A stretch of 32,000 nt of DNA, from assembly GCF_000145295.1 (NCBI RefSeq), contig NC_014408.1, forward strand, positions 780,001 to 812,000, read 5' to 3'. Below the pieces are notes generated by a model, which worked only from the letters and a program-made list of their open reading frames with translations, ran no database searches and was not told the origin of the DNA. Positions 10,001-17,836 of this stretch are shown in pieces (within the stretch, counting starts at the first letter, position 1; every line of letters starts with the position of its first letter). The DNA is from Methanothermobacter marburgensis str. Marburg. Its GTDB lineage: Archaea > Methanobacteriota > Methanobacteria > Methanobacteriales > Methanothermobacteraceae. Position numbers and translations under genes: made by a program.

Positions 10001-11661
10001 GAGATGCTGGGGTAACCTAACCTTGATGCTGTGACGGTTATTCCTGAAAGCGGTTCACCCAGGAAGTTCCTTATGTAACCCTGCACCCTGCCTGTTTCCT
10101 CCACATCAAGCTGAAGGGTGAAAATTCTGTTCACAGGTAACTCCCAGGGCATTATATCCACGGTGAGGTTCCTGTAACCATCCTTTGAGAATATGAGCCT
10201 CATGAGGTTGGCTGTTGTTGCGTAAAGGTTACAGGCAAATTTACCTGAGCCATTTGTCCTTACTGAACTCCATACAACCGGCTGGTCTGCATTTATGTAG
10301 AGGAGGTCCACCTTAACATTGAATACTGGAACCCCCACGTCATCAACCACGGTACCTTTTATCTCAAGAGGAACTGTAGTTGGAACCAGTGTGACATTGA
10401 CAGTCAGGTTCCGGTCCTCTGTGAGGGTGTACCAGTAGCCGTCCCAGTAGTAGTAGTTAGTGGGGTAGATGCAGACATTCCAGTACTCTGAGGCCGGGCA
10501 GTGTTCAAATACAGCAAGACCATCTGCACCTGTGGTGCCACTGAAACTGTCCGGACCAGAGAGGTAGACGTTCTCACCGGCCACAGGGTTGCCATTAATG
10601 TCAGTAACATTAACCGTGATATTTGAGGGCCAGAGGTCCAGGCGGATGTCCTGGGTTGTGACACCCTCACCCATTAACAGGTAGATGTCTGCGTCACGGT
10701 AGTGTGACAGGTAGGTTTTGAGGTGACCTGAGAGGCCTGATACCAGTTCAGGAAAATTCTGGGTTGTGAAGATGTAGAACCCCTCTGAATTCGTGTCACC
10801 CCATATGGATGTGTATCCAGGGTGTGTGTCAGGCCAGAAGTACAACCTGACACCACGTAACGGTGCACCCGTTGAGTCATAGACGTGACCCTGCAGTGTC
10901 ACAGGAAGCCCCTTCCTTATGAGCCTCACAGTCAGTGACTCACTGCTACCATCAGTGATGGTGAAATTACCGGTGACCGGTACATAGCCGTAGGGCCCCA
11001 TGGTGTAGGTCCAGAGGCCATCGGGGATGTGGTTGAAGAGTGCAACACCATCCGCCCCGGTGACCCTGTAGAGGTAGGCGGGTCCATCAAGCTGGATGCC
11101 CACTCCACTCAGCGGCTCCCCATCCCAGTTCACTACCTTGAAGGATGCTGAGCCGTCATAGTAGCCCATAACGATGTTATGGACATTTTCAGATGACATG
11201 TTCAGGGCTATGACCGCATGGTAGGGCCTGTAGAGTGGGTGGTACGCGCGGATGTCATATGTCCCTGTATCTGAGGGTCCAACACCATAGAAGAGGTAAT
11301 GGCCTCCCTCATCAAGACCCGCTGTCAGCTCAACAGGTTCACCATTCTGGGTGTAGCTGAGGGTAACATCCGCGTATACGAGGTTATCATCGGGGTCACT
11401 CACATAACCCCCCAGTGTGGTTTCATGTTCAAGTTCAATTTCCCTGTAATCCCCTGCCTCAGGGACTGTGAAGGTCTCAGCGTAGGGTTTATACATCCAC
11501 ATCTGCACACTGAGTGTCACAGGCACACCTGATGTGAGGAGGGGGTGGTCATCTGTGCTGAAGGCGTACTCCCCACTGGAACTGGTGTACCTGCTTAACC
11601 GGAATGAGCCTGATTCAAGGACAACCTCGGCGCCCTCAATGGGTGTTCCCCTATCAACCAC
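4012..11661 (-). CDS. Giant surface/adhesin-like protein, main (C-terminal) ORF of a frameshifted gene of about 2,940 aa; ends in a TM anchor
   Basis: 2549-aa ORF. The N-terminal half is many roughly 85-100-aa carboxypeptidase-regulatory-like/Big-type beta-sandwich repeats (recurring G.V.D..G.P..GA.V.L......T.sD..G.Y....L..G.Y). Ig-like and non-repeat modules follow. There are numerous N-x-S/T sequons. The C-terminus is hydrophobic (WLAVSLLVSVLIIGVYGAL) followed by RRRNT. The GTG at 11661 is internal, because the frame stays open upstream to 11748. Confidence 0.9.
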   Translation of the reverse strand: MVDRGTPIEGAEVVLESGSFRLSRYTSSSGEYAFSTDDHPLLTSGVPVTLSVQMWMYKPYAETFTVPEAGDYREIELEHETTLGGYVSDPDDNLVYADVTLSYTQNGEPVELTAGLDEGGHYLFYGVGPSDTGTYDIRAYHPLYRPYHAVIALNMSSENVHNIVMGYYDGSASFKVVNWDGEPLSGVGIQLDGPAYLYRVTGADGVALFNHIPDGLWTYTMGPYGYVPVTGNFTITDGSSESLTVRLIRKGLPVTLQGHVYDSTGAPLRGVRLYFWPDTHPGYTSIWGDTNSEGFYIFTTQNFPELVSGLSGHLKTYLSHYRDADIYLLMGEGVTTQDIRLDLWPSNITVNVTDINGNPVAGENVYLSGPDSFSGTTGADGLAVFEHCPASEYWNVCIYPTNYYYWDGYWYTLTEDRNLTVNVTLVPTTVPLEIKGTVVDDVGVPVFNVKVDLLYINADQPVVWSSVRTNGSGKFACNLYATTANLMRLIFSKDGYRNLTVDIMPWELPVNRIFTLQLDVEETGRVQGYIRNFLGEPLSGITVTASRLGYPSISNITDSSGFYSFDLPAGNYLFTTSSPSHITVSKATTVAPNLIIPVDFELHIKNSVYGRVLHANLDRDPSPLEGAIVELLMDGTSVASTTTDSEGRYEIAAPTSGSYNLTAGLHPYEPASEEVNLQETSALFREIILYPGPYSGIHGTVRDAITGLPLGGVTVTLRRYIGEFVDLEIEVLTGSDGSYSFQSLYPWRTYTLDFEKPSYVPVRDLWFFPGPGEDIEHDQVLQPLLSTMVEGQILCWAGLLQGEVFLDGASMITGPDGRFEFTDIIPGYHVLTAYVSGWAESVYFFLGNGEHLHQDVVFRTFVMDRYPSPGEVLRELQSVGVRLFGGRDGAAATLNLYPGTAPTGTPLPGILSWTGDWLIFTPSSMPPRGPCTARVEVPGEVTATWTFQYLPPTSNPPVITSVTPADGSFFRKPSSLTIKATLINDPGNGLSDYSDITFDGVVIPGTVTGNILTGSWQIMSEVTAEPGRWPLSDGWHTIKVRAFDLQGLYSDYEWKICISNQDGPRIYNASVSPVFSPIHGFMNIFANITEPLSSVYLYFNEGPLNIGTFNENITKCWDGSVNNIRLPDGPVSFHMVGVGMDGYFSNIVYFSTVIDSTGPSITISGPDIFNTRYPEITGFLSDPAGIGGFNVTSSAGTVSYSFSSTSFHVNMEVPSDGYYTLLFNLTDTLGNSRTVAHKILVDTIKPVIKFINPRENDTTRPGTFLSFRLIDNTCSGLARAYLMHKSRKYPAPNPANLEVLLDGQNITDRLIYSERTYIDVVSGNTPYGYDYLASLGSVLVGYNPVPYEYLNSGLHVLKVTVRDRAGNEASDEIHFSTITAIPDITEIDMGMTSGENETLTMIFNVQENSDGGFDKFILEIDGKEIDSIPNVNIGPELYQCTLKYIIKRQFSEGPHTVSLTVIDRRGYRNTLETGFYHLERVPVNLSSVTPRYEYIPDIMVYSGNHTHQLRIDPSSRFLPGSSALYGYCDMDGPSKALLTTSNERSSNRFLPMGGQLSFTVAETPFVDASGAEFLSLWMTDISVETNINWGWGGAILAYFDDGRGYSLLVNGTAGILGFDLLSALNPPAILYAKHEAPWVNWGGIVHDSVASARGADGRLWNNYILKIPHGLNRGHIRVIFVWETVNWFQGSIRDWSSVLKKTVSVSSKIDNVEFIKSVVDSVYPSPREENVPLRPTIWAHFKVPLDPRNFTGNTLQIRTPQGGIINGTAYYDTSTNKGYFTPIEELGGLRNYLGYIGSDIRTIYGRILPKPDPYRWEFQTRIGEARIWQTIRYNGEDYCIFLLWAAGSGGSPSYLPSGSALQSTYGTLLQIHVLKKVGDNYYELGDPDLAYTIFQAAERKAFYSKFIPGYSELVSDSLTEWVEDRADTWSGEALRFLSYLFSNPAPIPDDEDVIKDMIAMILGDGSTATTLTGVQQALSWFSMGISGSSKVNDLVEKLRKMQAEKAGKPFQATVVKDVLKIAELVTGELQFQRELWEFLFKCMWQLRVTEAYRPQLEAILPYTYGSTHEAIEDMLSADINSIQNEIALKVIKHIGVQSFNIIRDKVFEVISKNPYGMVVITTFKVFFALATKFTRWDDVHASTHVALAYANAEDSFYSAWLGHVNTFKLIPSDSVTVYDTSLPALASRLWYASGGNFYDAMVKIGRIVRNWPTSDRESWDKAIASYEIRATDYLKRSSNFIPEVLTSTADIMNLLPLIKVGTAGKPSSIYIGAHSPVALLVTAPDGRRIGYDPTRPEGQRIVNDFGASAFYNSPYSEPQVMLIPAGIGELRIQAFGVDTDSYRITVEVLDEDGNPISGSEWTGNITPGVYKFFSILIDQYGSTYKYDGRAPVIRVTGVSGGGRYTGTVKPLISVADDNLEGWFATLNGKLYTGGPVSSPGVYTLVVRATDGVNVVYSTVIFMIQGVSPVKPPEEGEHGGVRETAAVTAVYTVSGALSEVPSRAVVPPAEMVNVTPTGMRGGYDYTWLAVSLLVSVLIIGVYGALRRRNT

Positions 11662-11696
11662 GGTTCCCCTAACCTCAACCGGAAGCCCGAGCCTTA

Positions 11697-12101
11697 TTAG
11701 TTCAATGCTGAGGGTGTTTTCACCATCAACAACCTGATTGTTCTGGTCTCAGGGGCGTAGAGTGGATGTGAAACCTGAAGGTTGAGTTCTCCTGTCTCGA
11801 CAGCCAGTTTAACTGAGCCATCCTCACCGGTGTACCCTTCCATTCCAGCAAATGAGATAACAGCATCTTCAACGGGCTCTCCACTTGAGTTGGTGACGTT
11901 AACCGTGAGGAGCGCCCTCTCGTCCAGGACGATATTAAGTGAGATTTCATCACCTGGCTGCAGGGTAAGATCACTGCTCCAGGGGTGGTAGCAATATGCA
12001 TCCACAGTTACCCCCCTCAACGAGGGGGACCTCATCCTCTCTGAACTCAAAGTAGAAGTTACCATAGGGGTCGGTGTACTCTGTGCGGTTCTCGGCCTCA
12101 A
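11697..12101 (-). CDS. Middle fragment of the same giant surface-protein gene (real coding part about 11740-12012)
   Basis: The frame contains the repeat-type sequence VTVDAYCYHPWSSDLTLQPGDEISLNIVLDERALLTVNVTNSSGEPVEDAVISFAGMEGYTGEDGSVKLAVETGELNLQVSHPLYAPETR. This continues the repeat from the upstream ORF and runs into the downstream ORF. Confidence 0.7.
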   Translation of the reverse strand: MRPRTAQSTPTPMVTSTLSSERMRSPSLRGVTVDAYCYHPWSSDLTLQPGDEISLNIVLDERALLTVNVTNSSGEPVEDAVISFAGMEGYTGEDGSVKLAVETGELNLQVSHPLYAPETRTIRLLMVKTPSALN

Positions 12102-12834
12102 GAAGGACTGTTACAGGGATACCTGATGGCAGGGTCTCCTGGCCCCTCACAGTGCCCCTGATGGAGGTGCGGTACTCCATTTCAAAATCAAAGCGTGATG
12201 ATTCACCACGGTCCATGAGGATGTTGTACCTCTCTGTGAAGAGGTCTCCGCGGAAGGCCACGAGAGCAAGGTAGGCCTGTATTACTCCGGGGTGTTCATC
12301 AAAGTATCTGCCGTAGTTCACCATGTATCTGCCAGCAGAATCTGTGTAGTTCTCTGCAATGGTGACGTCCAGCTGGTCACGGACCTCAACGATGACGTTC
12401 TCCAGTGGCGCGCCGGAGGCGTCATGGATTGTGCCGTAGAATGAGTTGGGGTATGCAAGTTCAAAGTTAACCTCGAGGGGTTCATTCACGTCAAGAATAA
12501 GTGATGATGGGGTGTAATTTTCGGCTGATGCCACAATTTCATAGGTGCCTGGAGGTAGAATAAGGTTGTAGGTTCCCGATGAACTGGTGGTGTTCTCTGC
12601 AACTGTCGCACCACCCTGAATGGCCTTAACGGTTGCATTTTCAATCGGGTCCCCATTCCAGGACTTCACTGTCCCGTATGGGTCAATGCCGGGCGGCGGT
12701 ATTGCCGAGTCGTTGAGTTCAGCGGCGGAAGTTGAGCCTGCCAGGGCAAATAAAGTGAGTAAAAGTATAAGAATTGCAAATCCAGTGCATGCAGCTTCTT
12801 TTAAGGAGGATGTTCCATAAAGAAAATCCTTCAA
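11971..12834 (-). CDS. N-terminal fragment of the giant surface-protein gene (signal peptide plus first repeats)
   Basis: TTG start at 12834, preceded by a G8 run and TAA two codons upstream. The signal peptide is Sec-type (FAILILLLTLFALAGSTSAAE). Carboxypeptidase-regulatory-like repeats follow (GTVKSWNGDPIENATVKAIQGG..SSSGTYNLILPPGTYEI). The frame is lost at the C6 run 12011-12016. Confidence 0.8.
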   Translation of the reverse strand: MKDFLYGTSSLKEAACTGFAILILLLTLFALAGSTSAAELNDSAIPPPGIDPYGTVKSWNGDPIENATVKAIQGGATVAENTTSSSGTYNLILPPGTYEIVASAENYTPSSLILDVNEPLEVNFELAYPNSFYGTIHDASGAPLENVIVEVRDQLDVTIAENYTDSAGRYMVNYGRYFDEHPGVIQAYLALVAFRGDLFTERYNILMDRGESSRFDFEMEYRTSIRGTVRGQETLPSGIPVTVLLEAENRTEYTDPYGNFYFEFREDEVPLVEGGNCGCILLPPLEQ

Positions 12835-12996
12835 AATTTACCCCCCCCAGAACCCCTTTAATGATTATATTATTCTATCTAGCTGTATTTAAAATTTTTT
12901 AATTTAAGATTAAAAAATAAAATTTCTTAAAACAATAGGGCTTTTCATATAAAAATCATATTAAAGTAATATTGGAAATCATAAAACTTAGACCTT

Positions 12997-13413
12997 TCAC
13001 CTCAAACCGGCATATGAGAGTATTTCCTCTGTTTTTTCTCCCAGTATCTCCGAGGCCCTCTCCATGCACTCCTCAATCACGTATTCAAGGTCCTCATCGC
13101 CAGCCCAGTACTCCTCCAGGAACCCGTACCCGTGCCTGGATGCAAGCTCATCCACAACCACAGCACAGAGGTACACGTCGTCTATGTATCCATGTGGACC
13201 ATAGATCTCCTCGGGTATCACATCGTAGGGGGCCACCAGGTAGCCCATGGCGGCGGATATCCTCAGCCGCTCATCACTCCCCAGCTCATCACTCCTAAGC
13301 ACGTCAGCCAGCAGCCGGAAAAGATCCGGGGCGTAGTCCACTATCCTCTCATATTCTCCACGGTAACTGTTAATGTTCTCCCTTAAAACATCATAGAAAT
13401 GTGTGAAATCCAT
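12997..13413 (-). CDS. DUF1232 (YkvA-like) family protein
   Basis: The motif AAMGYLVAPYDVIPEEIYGPHGYIDDVYLCAVVV matches the DUF1232 signature (Y..P.D.IP....G..DD). I take the start as the ATG at 13413 (MDFTHFYDV...). The longer tracked ORF (to 13521) would overlap the helicase gene by 67 nt. Confidence 0.75.
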   Translation of the reverse strand: MDFTHFYDVLRENINSYRGEYERIVDYAPDLFRLLADVLRSDELGSDERLRISAAMGYLVAPYDVIPEEIYGPHGYIDDVYLCAVVVDELASRHGYGFLEEYWAGDEDLEYVIEECMERASEILGEKTEEILSYAGLR

Positions 13414-13454
13414 CAGAAACACCTCAATCACCCAAATGCGTAAAGTCCACAGAC

Positions 13455-16205
13455 CTATACCCCACAGAAGTTCCTGAACACACACCTTGAGCAGAACTGA
13501 TTCCTGCGGGGCTCGAAGCACTCACTCCTTATTTTCTGAACTGTCTCCTCTATCCTCTCCCTCACAGTGAAGTTGGGGTCGGAGTCAAATGACATCCTCA
13601 TGGAGTCCCTTATTGCGTATGCAGAGAGCCTGTCAAAATTGTATCTGTCCCTCAGTGCATACTCATAGGTCCGGAGCTGGTATTCGAGCCCCATCCTCTC
13701 AATACCCCCATGTTCCCGGGCCTTGAAGTCCACAAGCTCCAGTTCACCCCCAGAGTTCCTGATGATGAGGTCGGTCCGACCCTCTATTATTATATCATCG
13801 TCGGGTATGGAGAATGGCTCCTCCACCGAGACAACCTCCTCTATATGGTCCCTGCTGTCATGGTAGTAGTTGAGGAGTTCCCTTTCAAGGCGCCTCTTTT
13901 TCACCTCATCGTCTCTCCCCATGGGTATCCAGCACCTTTCAACAAGTTCCCTTATGAATGCCCCGTTTATATCCTCTGAATTCTTCATTGCAAGGTGTAA
14001 CTCTTCGAGGCACCTGTGGAGTATGATACCGTAGCGCTGCATGAATGTTTCAGGGTAGACAAAGCCGTAATGGTAGATCATCATGTACCTGAAGGGGCAC
14101 TCCTCGTAGGTGAAGAGGGCCGAGAAGTTGATCCTCAGGGGTTCCTCTGCCCACTCCCTCTCAAGGCACCCCTCAATGGATGTGCACTCACACTCGTATA
14201 TCCCGCACTTCTCCCTTAACTCGGTGATGTATGGTGAGATCCCCACCTTCCTTGTGTTGATTCTGGGTGCGGTGGAGATGATTAGCGCGTCCTGTGCCCT
14301 CGTCATTGCAACGTAGAAGAGCCTACGGTCCTCATCCTCGGGTTCCCCAGATGAGAGAAGCAGTTCCTGGGGGATGGGCACCAGTTCCTTTCTCCTTCTC
14401 TTTATACCAGGGAACCTTCCCTTTATGACCGAGCAGATGAACACAACCGGAAACTCAAGACCCTTTGCCTGGTGGACTGTCATCACCTTCACTGATGCCG
14501 GGTCCTCCAGGACGGCCTCGTCATGGTGGAGGTGCTGGGGGAGGAGGTAGAGGTACCAGAGGATGTCCTGTATCCTGGCCCCCGGCTTTATGGTCTCGTA
14601 CTTGTCTATGAGTGAACTGAGCTTTGCAAGGTTGAATATCCTTGCCCTGCTCTTGTCACTACCATCAAGGAGGAGTCTTCTGAGGTAACCCGTCACCTCC
14701 AGTATCCTGTAGAAGGTCTGGAGGACACTCAGTGAGCCCTGTTCAAGTTCATCCCTGATCCTGTTGAGGCCGAGTATCTTCTCTGCATCCTCACCCCTGA
14801 TACCCGCAGCCTCGAGTTCCTGGATTGAGGTGAAATCCGAGAGTTTCACATCCCTCTCAAGGGATTCAAGGGCCTCCAGTGTTTCCTCACCCAGATCAAG
14901 GAAGTCGCCCCGGAACATGGAGATGTTCCACCAGCCACCCCATCTTCCACTGAATTTATCGTCGTAATCAGGGGGGTCCACGTAGGCCAGGAAGTAGAGC
15001 ATCCTCCTTACCTCGTACCTTTTGAGGAATGACCCGTCACCGCGGACTATGTAGGGGATCCCCTCCCTTCTGAGCTCCCTCAGTATCTTATCTGCATGGT
15101 AGCGCACGCTCCTGAATAGAAGTGCAACATATCCATAGTCGGGGATTTTGCCTGTGGATTTAAGTTTCTTTATCAGGGATACTATGTTCCGGGCCTCGGA
15201 GTTAACATCACGGCTCCTGAGTATCACCACGTCTGTTCCGCCGCCCCTCACAGGCTTTATGGTTTTCTGGTAGTGCCGCTCCCCCCTCATGAACCTGTCG
15301 GCTGTGAGCACTATCCCGGCCCTTGACCTGAAGTTGTCCTCAAGGAACACCACCTCTGCATCGTATTTGTCCCTGAACCTTATGAAGTTCTCGGGGGTGG
15401 CGCCCCTGAACCCGTAGATGCTCTGGTCCTCATCCCCAACGACGCATATGCTTGATTTGGGTTCTGCTATCCTCCTGAATATCCTCTCCTGGATGGGACT
15501 TGTGTCCTGGTACTCGTCGATCATTATGTACCTGTATTTATTTCTGACAGATTCAAGGACATCCTCGTTTGATTTAAGGAGGAGGCAAACCTCCTTTTCA
15601 AGTCCTGGGAAGTCTATCTTCTTCTCCTCCCTTAGTGCCTTCAGGTATTGGCTGTAGCAGGCTGCCATGCCATGGTATCTCTTCTTATCAGGGTAACGTT
15701 TTTTGAGGGCCTCCATGAGTTCGTCAGGGTCCACGCAGTTCTCGGTGCACCTGTTGAAGAATTCGATTGCCTCATGGACCTCACCCATCTTCATGAAGCT
15801 GTTCAGGCCGATCCTGTAGAAGACTGATCTAAGGAACATCAGCTGGGACTCCTCGTCCAGGATCTCAAATCCGGCTCCAAGGTCATGTTCCTCGGGGTGC
15901 TCCCTCAGTATGGTGCTGCAGAATGAGTGTATGGTTGATATCTGCATGAGTTCGGCGTCCAGTCCAACGCAGTTTATGAGCCTTGACTTCAACTCATCTG
16001 CGGCCTTCTCTGTGAAGGTTATAACAAGTATATTCTCCGGGCTAACCCCCTTTCTTTTAACAAGGTAAGCTGTCCTCTCAACAAGAACCCTTGTTTTCCC
16101 GGCACCAGGTCCTGCCACAATTACAAGTGGCCCGTCGGTCTTCTTAACGGCCCTCTTCTGGTTCTCTGTACACGCCTCCCCTTTCCTGCAGAGTGATCCT
16201 GTCAT
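13455..16205 (-). CDS. UvrD/PcrA-type SF1 helicase fused to a C-terminal Cas4/AddB-type PD-(D/E)xK nuclease with a 4-Cys cluster
   Basis: 916-aa ORF. Helicase motifs: AGPGAGKT (Walker A), IMIDEYQDTSP (motif II), VVGDEDQSIYGFRGA (III), VMTVHQAKGLEFPVVFI (V), RRLFYVAMTRAQDAL (VI). Nuclease part: ECPFRY (Cys1), GRTDLI...LELVDFKA (D...ExK-type), QLRTYEYAL (QxxxY), CSRCVFRNFC (C-x2-C-x5-C). Confidence 0.9.
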   Translation of the reverse strand: MTGSLCRKGEACTENQKRAVKKTDGPLVIVAGPGAGKTRVLVERTAYLVKRKGVSPENILVITFTEKAADELKSRLINCVGLDAELMQISTIHSFCSTILREHPEEHDLGAGFEILDEESQLMFLRSVFYRIGLNSFMKMGEVHEAIEFFNRCTENCVDPDELMEALKKRYPDKKRYHGMAACYSQYLKALREEKKIDFPGLEKEVCLLLKSNEDVLESVRNKYRYIMIDEYQDTSPIQERIFRRIAEPKSSICVVGDEDQSIYGFRGATPENFIRFRDKYDAEVVFLEDNFRSRAGIVLTADRFMRGERHYQKTIKPVRGGGTDVVILRSRDVNSEARNIVSLIKKLKSTGKIPDYGYVALLFRSVRYHADKILRELRREGIPYIVRGDGSFLKRYEVRRMLYFLAYVDPPDYDDKFSGRWGGWWNISMFRGDFLDLGEETLEALESLERDVKLSDFTSIQELEAAGIRGEDAEKILGLNRIRDELEQGSLSVLQTFYRILEVTGYLRRLLLDGSDKSRARIFNLAKLSSLIDKYETIKPGARIQDILWYLYLLPQHLHHDEAVLEDPASVKVMTVHQAKGLEFPVVFICSVIKGRFPGIKRRRKELVPIPQELLLSSGEPEDEDRRLFYVAMTRAQDALIISTAPRINTRKVGISPYITELREKCGIYECECTSIEGCLEREWAEEPLRINFSALFTYEECPFRYMMIYHYGFVYPETFMQRYGIILHRCLEELHLAMKNSEDINGAFIRELVERCWIPMGRDDEVKKRRLERELLNYYHDSRDHIEEVVSVEEPFSIPDDDIIIEGRTDLIIRNSGGELELVDFKAREHGGIERMGLEYQLRTYEYALRDRYNFDRLSAYAIRDSMRMSFDSDPNFTVRERIEETVQKIRSECFEPRRNQFCSRCVFRNFCGV

Positions 16206-16324
16206 CGTGACTGTTTCATAGATTGGGTGGTGAATATATTAATGTTTTCCCCCAGTAACAGTGCAGCAATCCCGGTGGTGATATTATAGTCACCGATTTC
16301 TCAAGATGTGTTTTCCTGTGTAAC

Positions 16325-16333
16325 TTTATTAGG
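16325..16333 (+). promoter_or_regulatory. TATA-like box TTTATTAGG for the ZIP transporter gene, flanked by a GTAAC/GTTAC inverted repeat
   Basis: It lies 24 nt upstream of the ATG at 16357, and no SD is present, which suggests a leaderless or near-leaderless mRNA. GTAACtttattagGTTAC (16320-16337) is a 5-bp inverted repeat around the box. Confidence 0.35.
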
Positions 16334-16356
16334 TTACCACAGACATACAATCTACA

Positions 16357-17148
16357 ATGAACCCTGCAGACCCCATCCTCAACGCATTCCTTGCAACTGT
16401 CTTCACCTGGCTCATGACACTTGCAGGGGCGGCCCTGGTCTTTCTGCCTGTAAGGGCTGAGAGAAAACTCCTTGACTCCTCACTTGGCTTTGCAGCGGGT
16501 ATCATGATCGCTGCAAGTTTCTGGTCGCTCCTGGTCCCTGCAATTGAACTTTCAGCCCTCAACGGGTATGCCGAGTGGTTACCGCCGGCCCTTGGTTTCC
16601 TTGCAGGGGGACTCTTCCTTTCAGGTGTGGATAAGATCATACCCCACCTTCACCCTGGATGCGACCCTGAGGATGCAGAGGGGCTCCCCACCACCTGGAA
16701 GAGGAACAGGCTCCTTCTTCTTGCCGTTGCCATACACAACATCCCGGAGGGACTTGCGGTTGGCGTTGCCTTCGGGGCCGCTGCAGCCACAGGTGAACTT
16801 GCAGCCCCCATCATCCTGGCCCTGGGTATAGGTATACAGAACCTGCCTGAGGGGGCCGCGGTCTCCCTGCCACTGAGGGGTGAGGGTTTATCCGAATGGA
16901 GGAGTTTCACCTACGGCCAGGTATCGGGTCTAGTTGAGATCCTCGGGGGTCTTGCAGGCGCTATTCTGGTTTACTCATTCTCATGGGTCATGCCCTACGC
17001 CCTGGGCTTTGCTGCGGGTGCCATGATATTCGTTGTGATAGAGGACATCATCCCCGAGTGCCAGAGTGGTGGTAACACGGACCTTGCAACGGTATCAGCC
17101 CTTTTAGGCTTTGTTCTCATGATGATACTTGACCTGGCCCTTTCCTGA
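16357..17148 (+). CDS. ZIP-family divalent metal (zinc/iron) transporter (ZupT/GufA-like)
   Basis: 263-aa polytopic membrane ORF. It has the two ZIP signature helices HNIPEGLAVGVAF and IQNLPEGAAVS. Confidence 0.85.
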   Translation: MNPADPILNAFLATVFTWLMTLAGAALVFLPVRAERKLLDSSLGFAAGIMIAASFWSLLVPAIELSALNGYAEWLPPALGFLAGGLFLSGVDKIIPHLHPGCDPEDAEGLPTTWKRNRLLLLAVAIHNIPEGLAVGVAFGAAAATGELAAPIILALGIGIQNLPEGAAVSLPLRGEGLSEWRSFTYGQVSGLVEILGGLAGAILVYSFSWVMPYALGFAAGAMIFVVIEDIIPECQSGGNTDLATVSALLGFVLMMILDLALS

Positions 17149-17231
17149 AATTTTTTCAGAAATTACCCTGGAAGGATATTCACTATCACATTTTATTAGG
17201 GATGTCCTACATAATATTCAGAGGTGATAGT

Positions 17232-17783
17232 ATGGCCAGGGTTACCCGTGAAATGGTTGAAAATTCAGGTATAGATGTGGATGAACTCGTTGAACTCCTT
17301 GTGAAGAACGCCGCGGCGGAACTCACAACCTTCTACTACTACACGATACTCAGGGCCAACCTGATAGGCCTTGATGGTGAGGGAATAAAGGAGATAGCGG
17401 AATCTGCAAGGATAGAGGACCGTAACCACTTTGAGGCACTTGTCCCAAGGATATACGAACTTGGAGGTGAACTCCCACAGGATATGAAGGAATTCCATGA
17501 TATCTCAGGCTGCCCCCCGGCATACCTCCCTGAGAAGACCACTGACACCATGAAGATACTTGAGGTCCTTGTTGCCGCAGAGAGGTGCGCTGTGAGGCAG
17601 TACACCCACATATGCAATATAACGGCCGGTAAGGACCACAGAACCTATGACCTGGCACTCTCCATACTCCACGAGGAGATACAGCATGAGTCATGGTTCT
17701 CAGAGTTCCTGGGTGAGGGCCCATCAGGGCACTTCATGAGGCGCGGTGAAACATCACCCTTTGTGAGGAAATTCCTTGAATAG
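17232..17783 (+). CDS. DPS-like / ferritin-like four-helix-bundle protein (archaeal DPSL type)
   Basis: Start chosen at the ATG at 17232, after a GAGGTGAT SD (the tracked ORF starts at 17202). Ferritin-like di-iron ligand pattern: ..IEDRNHFEAL.. and ..ILHEEIQHESW.. (E..H pairs). The overall sequence resembles archaeal DPSL/COG2406 proteins. Confidence 0.8.
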   Translation: MARVTREMVENSGIDVDELVELLVKNAAAELTTFYYYTILRANLIGLDGEGIKEIAESARIEDRNHFEALVPRIYELGGELPQDMKEFHDISGCPPAYLPEKTTDTMKILEVLVAAERCAVRQYTHICNITAGKDHRTYDLALSILHEEIQHESWFSEFLGEGPSGHFMRRGETSPFVRKFLE

Positions 17784-17836
17784 TCTTTCCCATGGTGCTG
17801 GGATGGCTGAGTTAACAACGGAGTATCCTGAAGAAA

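Noticed and set aside
11659-11661. GTG at 11661 as the true start of the 2,549-aa ORF
   Set aside because: The frame is open for another 29 codons upstream, and that sequence continues the repeat from the preceding ORF. No SD or signal peptide is present here. The signal peptide is in ORF 11971..12834.
13414-13521. N-terminal extension of the DUF1232 ORF (tracked start 13521)
   Set aside because: It would overlap the helicase 3' end by 67 nt, and the extension (MLRAPQESVLLKVCVQELLWG...) has no coding character. The ATG at 13413 begins the conserved part.
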